From the IMG/VR virus record IMGVR_UViG_3300020159_004055, positions 1-63,350 of that record: DNA of 63,350 nt; one strand, 5' to 3'. A model generated the notes under the pieces. That model saw only the letters and a program-made list of their open reading frames with translations. It was not told the origin of the DNA and did not search any database. This DNA comes from a virus. Taxonomy: Duplodnaviria > Caudoviricetes. How positions within the stretch are numbered: the first letter of the stretch is position 1; each line of letters opens with the position of its first letter. This document shows, piece after piece, positions 1-9,912 of the stretch. The translations under genes and the position numbers were made by a program.

Positions 1-354
1 CCTGACCTTGGAGTTCCTGGAAGAAGCTATAATCAGAATCTTAATGACGATGTTTACGAAAACACTCCTAACTTCGGTAATCAGCTCGAGTCAAGCCGTG
101 TTTATGACGAGACAAGTTTAGTTTCATCAAGGGGTGAATTAAGATCTCCTGAAAATAATTTTGGACAACCTCCAGGAACTGTTTATCCTCCAGTAAGAAG
201 ACAGACTGCACAAGGAGAACTTGGAAGAATTTACCCAGTTACTTCTGGAGACTTTATTATTGATAAACCACTGAATTTAGGAAACGAAAAACCAGCGGAT
301 CAATATAATGTTAGTTTGGGTGACTTTAATCCTGAGGATTATCCGGAACAATAA
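1..354 (+). CDS. 3' end of a hypothetical (probably structural) protein, truncated by the window edge
   Basis: Frame +1 is open from base 1 (PDLGVPGRSYNQ...) to TAA at 352-354; not in the ORF track. Short recurring xVY/xIY units. Confidence 0.7.
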   Translation, partial: PDLGVPGRSYNQNLNDDVYENTPNFGNQLESSRVYDETSLVSSRGELRSPENNFGQPPGTVYPPVRRQTAQGELGRIYPVTSGDFIIDKPLNLGNEKPADQYNVSLGDFNPEDYPEQ

Positions 355-364
355 ATTTGTATAG

Positions 365-1039
365 ATGAGCTACTCACCACCTAAGATCTATTTAGGAGAA
401 ATCGTTGACATAGATGACCCACTAAAGGAGGGAAGAGCAAAAATACGGGTTTTTGGATTGTTTGACGGTCTGGACCACGACGATCTTCCTTGGGCAAGTC
501 AAGTGACGTTTGTATCTTTTTCTGGTAACGGTAATGGTGCAATTTCAGTCCCAAGGATGGGAACTGTCGTTGCCGTTGAATTCGATGGACAAAATTATTA
601 CAGATTTTATTACTATGCTGAATGGGAAACGTCTCCCGATCTTTTAGCTGAAATAGCAGAATCTTATGAAGGTGCTCATTCACTTATTTACGATACCCAA
701 GCTCAGCCTGGTCCTCTAAAAGTTTTCTACACACAGAAGAAAGGTTTAAACCTTGTCCTGGGAGATGCTAAGATTCAATTGGATACTCAGGATGGAGGTC
801 AACTCAGAGTGGTAATTGAAATGGGGGAAGACCAGATTCGAATGGAAAACAACAAAATTATTATCAACTCGAATAATATTGAGCTTGGCGAAAATGCAGC
901 AGAAGCTCTGATAAAGGGTAATACATTCCAAACTTACTTCAATTCACATACCCACATCGGAAACTTAGGTGGTGCTACCTCTCCTCCAGTAATCCCATCT
1001 GATCCAACACATCTTTCGAATATTTCCAAAACCAAATAA
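365..1039 (+). CDS. Baseplate central spike, gp5/gpV-like, without lysozyme domain
   Basis: OB-fold motif YLGEIVDIDDPLKEGRAKIRV...LPWA...VPRMGTVVAVEF and C-terminal FNSHTH (HxH metal-binding apex). Confidence 0.85.
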   Translation: MSYSPPKIYLGEIVDIDDPLKEGRAKIRVFGLFDGLDHDDLPWASQVTFVSFSGNGNGAISVPRMGTVVAVEFDGQNYYRFYYYAEWETSPDLLAEIAESYEGAHSLIYDTQAQPGPLKVFYTQKKGLNLVLGDAKIQLDTQDGGQLRVVIEMGEDQIRMENNKIIINSNNIELGENAAEALIKGNTFQTYFNSHTHIGNLGGATSPPVIPSDPTHLSNISKTK

Positions 1040-1042
1040 TCA

Positions 1043-3847
1043 ATGGCAGTTTTACCAGACAAGATATTGGAAGACGCTGAAATTGAAGCATTTGTTGAAA
1101 GAGTAAATCAATCTGCTGAAAATATTGTAAGTGATTCTAAATTTAAAATAAGTAGCCCAAATTTACCTGGGATAGGTCTACTGCTTAAATTACAGATCAG
1201 AGCATTTGAAAAAAGTTTGGCTGGCACTTTCGCACCAATCTTCATAGGAAAGAAAGCACTTTCTGAAGGATTCTCTGGAATAAAAACTGCTTTCGAATCA
1301 ATCCAAACAATTTTTTCAAATCCGCTACAATTTCTTTTAGATGAGGGGGTCAATTCCATACTTGGTGAATTTCCATTTCCGATAAGACTTGAAATCGGAG
1401 GCGGTATTGATGGAGATTTAAAAGAAAAGTTTGCGGATCTCCTTACTGACAAGAAACAAACTGGCGATCCGCTAGATAAACTTCAAAATTTTAATTACAC
1501 TCTTGTTTACAATTCTAATACAAATCCAGCATCGGGTGAGATAACCACGTCATCCTCTTCTGTAAAAGATGTAAGCAAGATAGTTGTCAGTGGAATTACC
1601 AAAAACGAGCAGAAGAATGATTTGTTAGCATTGCTTAAGCCTGGTGATTCTATTCAACTTTCTGACCAAGAATTCAGTGGAAGTTTCACTATAAATTCTA
1701 TATCTGTCAATAGTGATAATACATTCAGCTTATCGGTTTCTTTGAACTCTATTTCTTCTCTTGATTCCCCAGATGGTGAGGTGAATGTCCCAGGTTTAAA
1801 AAATTCTAAATTGTCTGCGGATCGAAATATTTTTCTACGACAATTTTTGGATGAAAATGGAAATCTTAAAATACCAATTTCAGCTCTGGGACTTACACTT
1901 CCTTTGCTCTCCTCGCTTTCCATTTCCTTGGGGGATTTTAGTAAACTGAGAGATGATTCTCCAGCTAAGAAGTTTATGGAGAAATTGAGTGAGAGATCCG
2001 GACTGCAATTTTCTGAAATATTTGCTGGAATTATAGATGGAAAATTTCCCAAAATAGATTTCGAACAACTCCAAAAAGACGCTTCTGAAGGTAACACAGA
2101 AAGCACAGAGAAGGCAAAAGAAGATATGGTAGTTTTGGGTAGGCTTCTCCAAATTGGAAGCTCTGACCCTCTTTTTCTGATCAAGATAATTTTCAATTAT
2201 GTAAAACTACTTTTGCTTCCAATTAACGTAGTCATTGGAGTAATCAAAGGATTGGCAGAAATAATTACTGGACCCATATCGCTAATTAAAACATTAATAA
2301 GAGGAATTATCAATCCACTTGGTTTGTTATGTGATCTTATTTCTAAGGCGTTTTTAGAAGCTTTAAGACCATATATTCAAAATCCCATACTATCTATTGG
2401 AATGACTTGGGAAGAGGCTTTAAACGAGCCAGATTCGGACCGTAGGGGTTTGCAACCACTTATCTCAGATATGGTTTGTGGAAAGTTTTCTCGAGACCTT
2501 AAGAATTACACTCCGGATCAAAGTTTTTTCCAAAATTTAGCTAACACGATCCCTGATAAACAAATGGATCAGTTTCAGCCAGGATTAAATATAGATTACA
2601 ACACTTTCTTTGATTCAAGAAATCCATCTCAAGGGGAGGTCTCAGTAAACAATTCGGATCCTAAGCAAGTTACGGTTTTTAAAGTTTCTGGAATTTCATC
2701 AACTGTAGAAAATTCAACACCTCTTTTGACTTCCTTGAATGTTGGTGACGAGTTCAGTTTTTCCTTGCAAGATTCATTTTCAGTATTCAGAGTGGGAACA
2801 AAGAAGTTTGTTACCGATACAGAATCACCATTTTTTGAATTCACCGTTCAATACCTGAAATCCGATTTAGAAAAAGCACAAGAAAAAAGTATTGAAGAAT
2901 TGCAGCTTGAAGGGATTGATAATGGGGCTCTCAAGTCCAAGCTAAATGTTTCCAATCCGGATAAAACATTTTTATTTATTATAGAAAAATATCTGCCTGT
3001 TAAAATGATAGCAGTTTGGGAATCAATTAAGGGTGTTATAGGAATTTTTGGTGGTTTAGCGCAGCAGGTTCCTTCTCTGCTTCCAGCCATTATAAGAAGT
3101 CTTTTAGGTCTGAACACAAACAAATCTGTCGAGGAACTGGTCGAGGCAATTAAAAATGAGGAATCCGGTGGAGGGTCAGCTTCTATCGAAGGGGCAGCAC
3201 AGACTATAAATCTTCTTTATGACGGAGAAAGCTCTTTGATGTATTTAGGGACTGTTAACCAATCAGAAGGAGGTAGCAATTATGAGCAGGAAGCAAGGGA
3301 TGCTTTAGAGCTTTTAGTTCAGAATTCCAGTACTGATAACGAACCGGGAATAGAAAACATTTTCTATGATTTGCTTGTAGGACAAAAGGAAGCCGATAAA
3401 CCTACATCGATCGTAAAGGATAATCTTTCATCAGATCCTGGAAAAGATACAACTGACAATAAATTTTTAAACTATATAAAGAGTAATGCTTATCAATTTG
3501 CAGATCTTGCCCCGTCTAAAAATAATTTCTATTACGGAGAATTTGGCTTGGTGGATCTCGGAAATAGCGTAAAGGTACTTTCTGTAATCATGCTTCAGTT
3601 TAAAGATTTTTACTATTTCAGCAACAATAACGTAAACCTTGAAGATGTTTCTATAACTGTTTACATTAAACCAGCGGACGGTGGTGCAAGAACTACCCTT
3701 TATTCAGGGAACGTATACAATGCTTTACAAAGGTACAAGCTTACAAATCAGGGATTTGATAAGAGGGTTGATTACCGTGATGTCAGGATTATAATTAACC
3801 GGGAAATGAATTTTCTAGTTAACTATGCTTTACCTTCCTTGCAATAA
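1043..3847 (+). CDS. Large hypothetical virion protein with a duplicated beta domain and amphipathic helices
   Basis: 934-aa ORF directly after the spike gene; internal repeat NPASGEI...KPGDSI / NPSQGEV...NVGDEF. Confidence 0.55.
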   Translation: MAVLPDKILEDAEIEAFVERVNQSAENIVSDSKFKISSPNLPGIGLLLKLQIRAFEKSLAGTFAPIFIGKKALSEGFSGIKTAFESIQTIFSNPLQFLLDEGVNSILGEFPFPIRLEIGGGIDGDLKEKFADLLTDKKQTGDPLDKLQNFNYTLVYNSNTNPASGEITTSSSSVKDVSKIVVSGITKNEQKNDLLALLKPGDSIQLSDQEFSGSFTINSISVNSDNTFSLSVSLNSISSLDSPDGEVNVPGLKNSKLSADRNIFLRQFLDENGNLKIPISALGLTLPLLSSLSISLGDFSKLRDDSPAKKFMEKLSERSGLQFSEIFAGIIDGKFPKIDFEQLQKDASEGNTESTEKAKEDMVVLGRLLQIGSSDPLFLIKIIFNYVKLLLLPINVVIGVIKGLAEIITGPISLIKTLIRGIINPLGLLCDLISKAFLEALRPYIQNPILSIGMTWEEALNEPDSDRRGLQPLISDMVCGKFSRDLKNYTPDQSFFQNLANTIPDKQMDQFQPGLNIDYNTFFDSRNPSQGEVSVNNSDPKQVTVFKVSGISSTVENSTPLLTSLNVGDEFSFSLQDSFSVFRVGTKKFVTDTESPFFEFTVQYLKSDLEKAQEKSIEELQLEGIDNGALKSKLNVSNPDKTFLFIIEKYLPVKMIAVWESIKGVIGIFGGLAQQVPSLLPAIIRSLLGLNTNKSVEELVEAIKNEESGGGSASIEGAAQTINLLYDGESSLMYLGTVNQSEGGSNYEQEARDALELLVQNSSTDNEPGIENIFYDLLVGQKEADKPTSIVKDNLSSDPGKDTTDNKFLNYIKSNAYQFADLAPSKNNFYYGEFGLVDLGNSVKVLSVIMLQFKDFYYFSNNNVNLEDVSITVYIKPADGGARTTLYSGNVYNALQRYKLTNQGFDKRVDYRDVRIIINREMNFLVNYALPSLQ

Positions 3848-3864
3848 AGATAATTTTTCTAATG

Positions 3865-3872
3865 GATATATA
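3865..3872 (+). promoter_or_regulatory. GATATATA putative phage late promoter
   Basis: Motif recurring upstream of many genes; here before ATG 3901. Confidence 0.6.
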
Positions 3873-3900
3873 GAAAGGTTAACTTTTAAACAAAAAATAA

Positions 3901-5070
3901 ATGAACACTCCAGACTTAAATCGAACCACAGGTATCGAGGATTTTAATTGGAACATCACAAGCAAAAGAAAATTGAATCGCAGCGTTAACACAATTGACG
4001 ATGCTAAAGTTTTCTGCCAGGAAGATTATGCACAACATTTGTATGATCTAATGGCTGACAATTTGAGGTCCGTAAGTGGATCTAAGGATTTGAAAAACGG
4101 TCACGTTTATGAATGCCGTATTACTTCAGTCAACGAGAAGTATGCTATTGCACAAACAGTAGAGGGACAATCAATCTACATTGATCTCGTCAAAGAGAGA
4201 AAAGATGCTATCAAGTTAAATCTTGAAGGACTTAACTTTCAGGTAGGTGCGGAAACACAAGCTATTGTACGAAACGTAATGGGAACATATTACGGTTCTG
4301 TTATCGATTGCTTTATAGAAAACACAAAACTTGAGTTTTTCGAGCAGATTACAAAACAAAGTGTTGCTTACGAAGCTAAAATTGAATCAATCAACAACGG
4401 AGGTTACCTTGTTGAAGTTCAAGGAATCAAGTGTTTCCTTCCGGGGTCATTGGCTGCAGCCAATAAAATTACTGATTTCGAATCTTACCTGGGTAAAAAA
4501 ATCTATGTAATGATTGACGGATACGTTAAGAAGAAAGATATTTTCGTAGTATCCTATAAGAAGTATTTGACTAAGATCATGGATCAAAAAATCCAAGAAC
4601 TAGATCTTACTAAGAAATACAAAGGTCATGTAACTGGTACTTCCGATTTTGGAGTGTTTGTAGAATGGGAAGACATTTACACTGGATTGATCCATAAAAC
4701 AGAATTTGATAATCAGAAAGTTGCTGGATTTGTTGCTGGGGATGAGATTGAGTTTTACATCAAAGAAGTGAAGGACGACAATAGACTGACATTAACTTTT
4801 GGCCAGCCGGTTGATAAGACTTTGAAAGTATATGAAATTAAGAAGTCTATCGAAGACGGGGATAATCCGATTTTCACTGCAAGAGTTAAACACAAGAGGA
4901 AAAACGGAGCACTGGTTGAATTAGAAGAAGTTGGCCTTATGGCGTTGATCCCACAGGGAAGAATAACCAAAGACAGTAAAAACCTTAAGAGTGGAGACCA
5001 GTTGAAGGTTTCTGTTTATGAGGTAGACCCAGTGATGGGCAAAATATTTGCAGAACCTATAAATGAGTAA
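3901..5070 (+). CDS. Ribosomal protein S1 (bS1)-like multi-S1-domain RNA-binding protein
   Basis: S1 motifs INNGGYLVEVQGIKCFLPGS, GHVTGTSDFGVFVE...GLIHKTE, GALVELEEVGLMALIP; about four OB repeats. Confidence 0.8.
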   Translation: MNTPDLNRTTGIEDFNWNITSKRKLNRSVNTIDDAKVFCQEDYAQHLYDLMADNLRSVSGSKDLKNGHVYECRITSVNEKYAIAQTVEGQSIYIDLVKERKDAIKLNLEGLNFQVGAETQAIVRNVMGTYYGSVIDCFIENTKLEFFEQITKQSVAYEAKIESINNGGYLVEVQGIKCFLPGSLAAANKITDFESYLGKKIYVMIDGYVKKKDIFVVSYKKYLTKIMDQKIQELDLTKKYKGHVTGTSDFGVFVEWEDIYTGLIHKTEFDNQKVAGFVAGDEIEFYIKEVKDDNRLTLTFGQPVDKTLKVYEIKKSIEDGDNPIFTARVKHKRKNGALVELEEVGLMALIPQGRITKDSKNLKSGDQLKVSVYEVDPVMGKIFAEPINE

Positions 5071-6460
5071 CCTTTCACATTTTGATAAAAGTCAGATACT
5101 TTCCTCTGCCATTCTCGGATTCGAATTTGAATTCTTTTCCGAGATGGTCAGGGGTAGGATTGTAGAGTCTTTATCAAAATTGTTGGGGAAGAAAATTATT
5201 CTAACGAATAAGTACCACTCAAAAACTCCAGTTAGCTCCGACACTTTCAAGCTTGAACCTGATTATTCAGGGGGAAGCAAAATGAACGAGCTAATTACCG
5301 GACCTTTACCTTATGCTGAAGCAATTCCTATTTTAATCAAGGTTTTAAGATGGATAGATGAAAATGGATGGACAAACGATAAGTGCGCTTTCCAATTTTC
5401 AATAAGCTTCGATAAGTTTGACCGAAGTATCAGGAGGATCGAAGAATTGGATAAACTTCAGTTCATCTTGGGGATTGACGAGGGAATGATTTATTCGAAG
5501 TTCGGTAATAGGACTAACAATGTTTATGCAAAGTCGATAAAAAGAGTAGTCCCGAGGAATAGATTTTCTATGCTAGAGAATATCACTACGATTGATCCCA
5601 AGATATTCAAGATCCCTGACGAGAAATATTACGGTGCTAATTTTACCAAGATACCGAAAGGTTACATGGAGATAAGGTATCTTGGAGGAAGGGATTATCA
5701 AAAGAAAATAAATTCAATTCGGGAGATCATTGATTATGTTCTCATGTTTACTTCTGATATTCTTTCCGGTCGTAGGGGATACACAAAAACTGATTTAGAG
5801 AATCTGAAATCGATGATGAAGGATTACACTAAGGTAGTTAGAAGTTTTTCAGATCCGGAGGCATTCTTTATGAACTTCCCTGATTTCCATTTGTTGGTAG
5901 ATCTGAAAGGTTACGAAGAAAACATCAAAACTTACTTTCCTGTCATAAGGGATAAAATCTTCGATCTTATTGTCGAGGGAAATGTTAGAACTGGTTTCTT
6001 TAACTATGACACTAGTAATGGCAGATTCCAACTAAAGGACGCTAAAATCAAAGATGCTTCTTTCATAGATAATTTAGATTTAATTGACTGTAAAATCCGG
6101 ACTTCTAAAGTTGATAACTGCAGACTATTTGGATGCGAAATTAAAAACTCGGAAGTTCACAATTCAGAGGTCGTTAATTCAAACAAAATAACAGATAGTA
6201 AAGTACAGAACACAAGCGTGTCTTTTGGTAACAAATTGTTCGGATGCTTTATTGATAGCCCAATGAAAATGGTTGATTGTGAAATCAATGGCGGTGTTAT
6301 TAGAAAAGCCGATTTGGGCAGAAATGCTAATGTTAGCGATTCAACCGAAAAGGTTAAGGATTTCAACGAGATAAGACAGAGCAGATTTGTAACTGACTCA
6401 AGGCTGAAGGATTTAAATGATCCTTTAACAAGGATAAAATTTAAAAATCAGAACTATTAA
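5063..6460 (+). CDS. Putative amidoligase (COOH-NH2 ligase-like) with C-terminal beta-helix-like repeats
   Basis: LGFEFEF, LEPDYSG...ELITGPL, TNDKC, MEIRYLGG; about 5-residue periodic I/V-x-x-S/C-x repeats at the C-terminus. Confidence 0.6.
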   Translation: MSNLSHFDKSQILSSAILGFEFEFFSEMVRGRIVESLSKLLGKKIILTNKYHSKTPVSSDTFKLEPDYSGGSKMNELITGPLPYAEAIPILIKVLRWIDENGWTNDKCAFQFSISFDKFDRSIRRIEELDKLQFILGIDEGMIYSKFGNRTNNVYAKSIKRVVPRNRFSMLENITTIDPKIFKIPDEKYYGANFTKIPKGYMEIRYLGGRDYQKKINSIREIIDYVLMFTSDILSGRRGYTKTDLENLKSMMKDYTKVVRSFSDPEAFFMNFPDFHLLVDLKGYEENIKTYFPVIRDKIFDLIVEGNVRTGFFNYDTSNGRFQLKDAKIKDASFIDNLDLIDCKIRTSKVDNCRLFGCEIKNSEVHNSEVVNSNKITDSKVQNTSVSFGNKLFGCFIDSPMKMVDCEINGGVIRKADLGRNANVSDSTEKVKDFNEIRQSRFVTDSRLKDLNDPLTRIKFKNQNY

Positions 6461-6461
6461 G

Positions 6462-7238
6462 ATGACACAGGAAGAATTGATGCAAGAAATCAAGGACGAT
6501 CTTTCAGCAAGTTGTTCTTTGCCGTACAATCTCAATGATGATGAGATAGAAAGAATTATCCGAAGAGCGAAAGCCTATATGTATGATAACTATCAATATG
6601 CAGTTGAAGATAGGGTTTTCGTTTTAGCTAATAATTTATTTGCCCACCCGCAATTTAGAAAAACAAGGCAAATCCAACTTCCACCAAGAATAGTTTCTGT
6701 GTATGATGTAAGGGAAGTAAATGGTATGGGAATATCAGGAAATCCTGACAGGGATTTTGGTGATTCTAAACTATTAGGCTCCGAACTTCTCCTTTCACCT
6801 TTTACCGGGGACAACTTGGTTTATCGTACTGTTATGTACTCTTATTTTGATCTAGCACAAGCTTATCTTTTGCCAACTTTTGCATATAAATTTAACAAGA
6901 ACACCAAGAAATTAACTATCTTAGGTAGAGATCCAAATAGATCTGGCAGCGGCGGGGTAGGAACGGGCTACGACCAAAATGGAATGGATGTTGCGGTGAG
7001 ATGCTATGTTGCTATTGATGATGATGATCTATATGATGATGAATTATTCATCAGATATTGTCTCGCAAAATCTAAAATTTCTCTCTCTAGAGTTTTAAGT
7101 GCCTTCGATTACAATCTACCTGGAGGGGTCAGAGTAAACACTGCTGATCTTAGATCGGATGGGGAAAAAGAGCTCCAAGAAGTCATGGATATGATCAATG
7201 GAGAAAATACTCCATCTTATTTCTTACAGTGGAATTAA
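6462..7238 (+). CDS. Neck/head-tail adaptor protein, T4 gp13-like
   Basis: C-terminal LPGGVRVNTADLRSDGEKELQE resembles the gp13 C-terminus; size 258 aa; structural context. Confidence 0.65.
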   Translation: MTQEELMQEIKDDLSASCSLPYNLNDDEIERIIRRAKAYMYDNYQYAVEDRVFVLANNLFAHPQFRKTRQIQLPPRIVSVYDVREVNGMGISGNPDRDFGDSKLLGSELLLSPFTGDNLVYRTVMYSYFDLAQAYLLPTFAYKFNKNTKKLTILGRDPNRSGSGGVGTGYDQNGMDVAVRCYVAIDDDDLYDDELFIRYCLAKSKISLSRVLSAFDYNLPGGVRVNTADLRSDGEKELQEVMDMINGENTPSYFLQWN

Positions 7239-7242
7239 CCTT

Positions 7243-7250
7243 GATATATA
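7243..7250 (+). promoter_or_regulatory. GATATATA putative late promoter
   Basis: Intergenic, upstream of ATG 7269. Confidence 0.6.
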
Positions 7251-7251
7251 T

Positions 7252-7267
7252 GGGGAATTAATTCCCC
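7252..7267. repeat. Perfect 16-bp palindrome GGGGAATTAATTCCCC
   Basis: Read directly; lies between the promoter motif and the start codon at 7269. Confidence 0.85.
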
Positions 7268-7268
7268 T

Positions 7269-7640
7269 ATGGTAGAGATTTATAACAGAGATCCTTCAGA
7301 CTTAAACTATAAAACAAATATAGTCGAGGTTACCCAGCCAGTTGAGATTTGTCTCGGCCAGCTTAAAATGTTCCTCCTGACCAACAAGGGAGATGTTTTA
7401 GGAGATCCCAAATTTGGACTCAACTTAGAGGATCTTGTATTCAGTTTAGAACTTTCAGAAAAAACACTCAGAGATGAGATTGAGCAGGGACTAAGATTTT
7501 ATGTTCCGCTCTTTGCCCAACTTGGTGGATATTTTGATCTGAAGTTTTACCAAGGTACCGAAAGGGATATTTGTTTGCTTGATTTCTATATTCCCGCAAA
7601 TGGAAATGAAAGTCCTCTTGTCTCATTGAAAGTAAGTTAA
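7269..7640 (+). CDS. Baseplate wedge subunit, gp25-like
   Basis: LKMFLLTNKGDVLGDPKFGLNLEDLVF matches the gp25 T-x-x-GE...P-x-FG pattern; 123 aa. Confidence 0.8.
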   Translation: MVEIYNRDPSDLNYKTNIVEVTQPVEICLGQLKMFLLTNKGDVLGDPKFGLNLEDLVFSLELSEKTLRDEIEQGLRFYVPLFAQLGGYFDLKFYQGTERDICLLDFYIPANGNESPLVSLKVS

Positions 7641-7644
7641 AAAC

Positions 7645-9375
7645 ATGGCTAATAACATTTTTAGAAAGAACAACATTCTCATAAGGGGTCTTCTCAGTGA
7701 TTCCTACGAGTTCTTGCAAAGAACTTACAACCAATCAAGAAATGTTTTTACTGTAGCTTCTGCTTGGGGGCAGATCCTTTTTGTAATCGAAAACCTTTCC
7801 CAGTTGATTCTTTACTTTATTGAAGATTCAATTACTGAACTAAATATGCAAGAAGCTACAAGGAGCTATTCCATAAAAAGTTTGGCAAGAATTGCAGGGT
7901 ATGATCCTGTTAGAGGTATGTCAGCTCAGGGTGAGGTTGCTATATCATGGAATCTTAAAGAAGCGGATGCTGGCGGTGGAGCTGTTATACTTAACGGATA
8001 TCCCAAAATACAAAACATTCAAAATGGATTACCTTACACTCTGATCCTTAACTCACCATCAATTAAGATTCCTCTCAGTAGGGGAACGACATTTAACTTC
8101 AAAATAGTCCAGGGTGCTTTTTCAAGTTCGAACTTCACAGGAACCGGAAGGGCTTTGCAAAGTTTTAATCTCCCATCTAAAGCTGGATCCTACATCGACC
8201 AATTCTACATCGATGTTTATGTAAATGGTACTAAATGGAGAAGATATGAATCACTATATGATATTCCTCTTGATGGTGAGGGATATTTAATTAGAAGTGG
8301 GATCGAAGAAGGAATTGATATTTACTTTGGAAATTCTAATTTTGGTAAAGTACCTCAATCGGGAAGCACGATAAGAGTAGAGTACTTACAAACCTCTGGA
8401 TTCAACGGTAACCTCCAGTCAAGAACTGATAGTCCTCTGACTTACAGATTTCTTGATTCTGGAACGGATCTCTTTGGAAATGACGTCAATCTGAATAACT
8501 ATTTAGGTATTGGCGGTGTTCTAGACCCTTCCTTCGGTGCAGACCCGGAACCAATCGAGATTACAAGATTGGTTGCACCAAAAACATCTCGTGCTTTCGT
8601 TTTTGCAAACGCTGAAAACTATGAGATTTTTCTTCAGAGGTTTAACATTTTTTCTCAAATACAGGCATTTTCGACTTTCGATGATGAATATTTGGACGAC
8701 GACAACGTTATTTACATTTTCTTGGTTCCTGATGTTACGATCTCTCTGACTTCAAACCAGGACTATTTTGATATCCCACAAACTCAATTCATCTTAACCA
8801 CAAGTCAAAAACTTTCTATTCTAAATCTTATCGAAGATTCAGGAAGAATGATCGCGACTACCGTTGTTAAAATTATAGACCCTGAAGTTTCAAGATATGT
8901 AGCTAATGTTTCCATGTCAATATTTGAAGGATATGATCCTGAGCTTATAAAGGATAAGGTCAGGACTTCAATTTCAGAATATATGCTCAATCTGAAAAGG
9001 AGAGATAGAGTTCCAAAATCAGATTTCATTGCTTTAATTGAAGCCATAGAAGGTGTGGACTCTGTTTCAGTTTATTTCATTGGACAAGAAAATGAAAGTT
9101 ACCACGCAACTGTCGATAATCTAGCAAATGCATCCTCGGCCCAACTCAATAGACAAATTGGTCTGGATGAATATGGCGATATAATTATTGGAAGGGGACA
9201 ACTAATCTTGCTTCGTGGTGGATGGAGCGACAGATATGGTGTTAATTATGAACAAGGAATTGTGGCTGGAAAACCAAGCGCATTAAACATAGCGATAACT
9301 TCAATAAATCCTAAAGATTTCTTGGGTGAACTTAATGCTCAAACCAAAGCAAGAATAATTCAACAAAATAGATAA
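7645..9375 (+). CDS. Baseplate wedge protein, gp6/baseplate J-like
   Basis: SIKSLARIAGYDP, IYFGNSNFGKVP...IRVEYLQTSGFNGN, GADPEPIE; follows gp25. Confidence 0.8.
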   Translation: MANNIFRKNNILIRGLLSDSYEFLQRTYNQSRNVFTVASAWGQILFVIENLSQLILYFIEDSITELNMQEATRSYSIKSLARIAGYDPVRGMSAQGEVAISWNLKEADAGGGAVILNGYPKIQNIQNGLPYTLILNSPSIKIPLSRGTTFNFKIVQGAFSSSNFTGTGRALQSFNLPSKAGSYIDQFYIDVYVNGTKWRRYESLYDIPLDGEGYLIRSGIEEGIDIYFGNSNFGKVPQSGSTIRVEYLQTSGFNGNLQSRTDSPLTYRFLDSGTDLFGNDVNLNNYLGIGGVLDPSFGADPEPIEITRLVAPKTSRAFVFANAENYEIFLQRFNIFSQIQAFSTFDDEYLDDDNVIYIFLVPDVTISLTSNQDYFDIPQTQFILTTSQKLSILNLIEDSGRMIATTVVKIIDPEVSRYVANVSMSIFEGYDPELIKDKVRTSISEYMLNLKRRDRVPKSDFIALIEAIEGVDSVSVYFIGQENESYHATVDNLANASSAQLNRQIGLDEYGDIIIGRGQLILLRGGWSDRYGVNYEQGIVAGKPSALNIAITSINPKDFLGELNAQTKARIIQQNR

Positions 9376-9376
9376 G

Positions 9377-9910
9377 ATGGCAAAAAGGGACTTTTCTCCG
9401 TTTCTTCCACCCGTGGAATCATCATACACGGTAAAAGGAATAAAATTTAACACTTCAACAACTAATTTTGAAGAGCCTGACGATCTATACAAGAGCATAA
9501 GTAAAGCTGAAGAAAGGGCTTTTAATATCGGTTGTTCTGGATACAGGAGCGTGACTACAAATGCAGTTGGTGACCAATTGTATGGTCCCTGCTCTAGCTT
9601 AAATGACTATGTGAATATCACTAAGCAAATAAGACCTGCTCAACGCCCCCGTGAGTACTACAGTTTCGATCCAACGGACAATTTGTACGACGTTAGAGAC
9701 TCTGTCAATGACGCCAACATTAGGGAAGGTTTTAATTACAAGAATGAAATATTCCCCAGAACTATGTCACAGATTATTTTCAGAGATCCCAGAAGAACCG
9801 AGATTCTTGAAAATATGCAAAGGATCATATTTGCAATGATCGAATCAGTTAAGCAAATTCGAAATTTTGTTAACTACACGGTTCCTTCGAACAATAAAAG
9901 GGTATTCTAA
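9377..9910 (+). CDS. Hypothetical baseplate-associated protein
   Basis: 177-aa ORF tightly packed between baseplate genes. Confidence 0.5.
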   Translation: MAKRDFSPFLPPVESSYTVKGIKFNTSTTNFEEPDDLYKSISKAEERAFNIGCSGYRSVTTNAVGDQLYGPCSSLNDYVNITKQIRPAQRPREYYSFDPTDNLYDVRDSVNDANIREGFNYKNEIFPRTMSQIIFRDPRRTEILENMQRIIFAMIESVKQIRNFVNYTVPSNNKRVF

Positions 9911-9912
9911 TA

